The position numbers and the translations under genes were made by a program. This document shows, in pieces, positions 63,089 through 64,000 of a stretch of 64,000 nt of DNA. Each line of letters starts with the position of its first letter. Positions within the stretch are counted from its first letter, which is position 1. This DNA is from Phoronis australis (taxonomy: Eukaryota > Animalia > Phoronida): positions 1 to 64,000 of the forward strand of contig NMRA01000400.1 of assembly GCA_002633005.1 (NCBI GenBank), in the 5' to 3' direction. Under the pieces are notes generated by a model, which was given only the letters and a program-made list of their open reading frames with translations, searched no databases and was not told the DNA's origin.

Positions 63089-63458
63089 CTGAAAAGAGCA
63101 ATTTATTATCTGAAAGTTTCATGTAAATCAGAACAGTCATTTCTGAGATATGATGTTCCAAAATTACCCAAATTTGGACAATTTATAGTATGATCCTACA
63201 TGTTGCCAATCTGTTATTGATTGGGTTTCTTGACCACGATTGTGTTTAAAAAGTCCAGTTTAGAAAAAACGTACAGTTAATAGTAAACATATCTATTCAA
63301 GGCCTGGTTAAAACTTTTGAGTCTTACCAAGGCCGCAAATTTGACATATTAAGTGACCACGCCTCGGTAAATTGCACACATCCTGTTTTAAAAACTGGAT
63401 ATCAATTAACATATACCGTAGTCACAATTCCTAATGCAGTCAAAACCATGAGACCTAC

Positions 63459-63595
63459 TACTTGTCCCTTGGTGACAGGCAACCCCATGACTTCTGTGTC
63501 TTCTAACACCAAGTGCATGGGAGTCAAGGGCACGACACTGGAGAGGCGCTGGATCTCAAGAAGTACAGCCTCTGTGTATGGCAGGCGATGCCTCT
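63459..63595 (-). CDS. Cytochrome P450, K-helix exon (gene continues beyond the window)
   Basis: RHRLPYTEAVLLEIQRLSSVVPLTPMH...KGQV; ExxR motif; acceptor ttacag, donor gtaggt. Confidence 0.93.
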
Positions 63596-64000
63596 CTGTA
63601 AGCAGATAACGTCAGCTTTAGGTTGACAAGGGTGTGATTTAAACCTGTACTAGACATGCTAAAGATGACATCAAGCCACCTGCAGTCTTTTTATTTGCTA
63701 AAGGTGGAACATTTTTGGTAATAAATTTGGTAATTTCAGTAATGTTTTGAAAGGCTTTTCGATTCTGTTTAAATTAGCTGGATAAACATTCAAAATAACA
63801 AATCTTCAAGTGTGACACTGTGAGAAAGTTGCACAATGCAAACACAAGGAGAATCACTGTAAATATTAGTTTAATTACGAGTTTTGTCATCATAGCTCAT
63901 GTCAAAAGTTCCAAGTGATCAGTGAAATGGGCCCACATGCACGGCCTGCACACATCTGGTACAACGTGTACCAGACCGCCTGCAATTATCTTTTATATTG

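Overview
This is AT-rich animal genomic DNA, probably a marine invertebrate, with spliceosomal introns, N-gaps and a dense, nested transposon landscape. Transposons: a decayed Gmr1-type Gypsy element (integrase before RT; 1892-8089) with a Kolobok inserted in its integrase; a solo LTR of the same family (49892-50645); at least four TTAA-flanked Kolobok-type DNA elements; a decayed MULE/Rehavkus-like element with protease and PHD cargo; further Gypsy and BEL/Pao remnants; tRNA-SINEs and MITEs. Host genes: (1) an intronless 316-aa orphan ORF (42569-43519, +), possibly of bacterial origin, also present as a gap-truncated and probably allelic duplicate; (2) a three-exon minus-strand gene (47452-45194), not captured whole by the ORF track, encoding a secreted precursor with an acidic propeptide, an RKLR furin site and a 141-aa, 15-Cys, strongly cationic mature peptide (candidate new antimicrobial or toxin family); (3) a possible decayed knottin-like gene (+); (4) the last three exons of a clan-2 cytochrome P450 (-). 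All family assignments come from motif recognition by eye; no searches were run.
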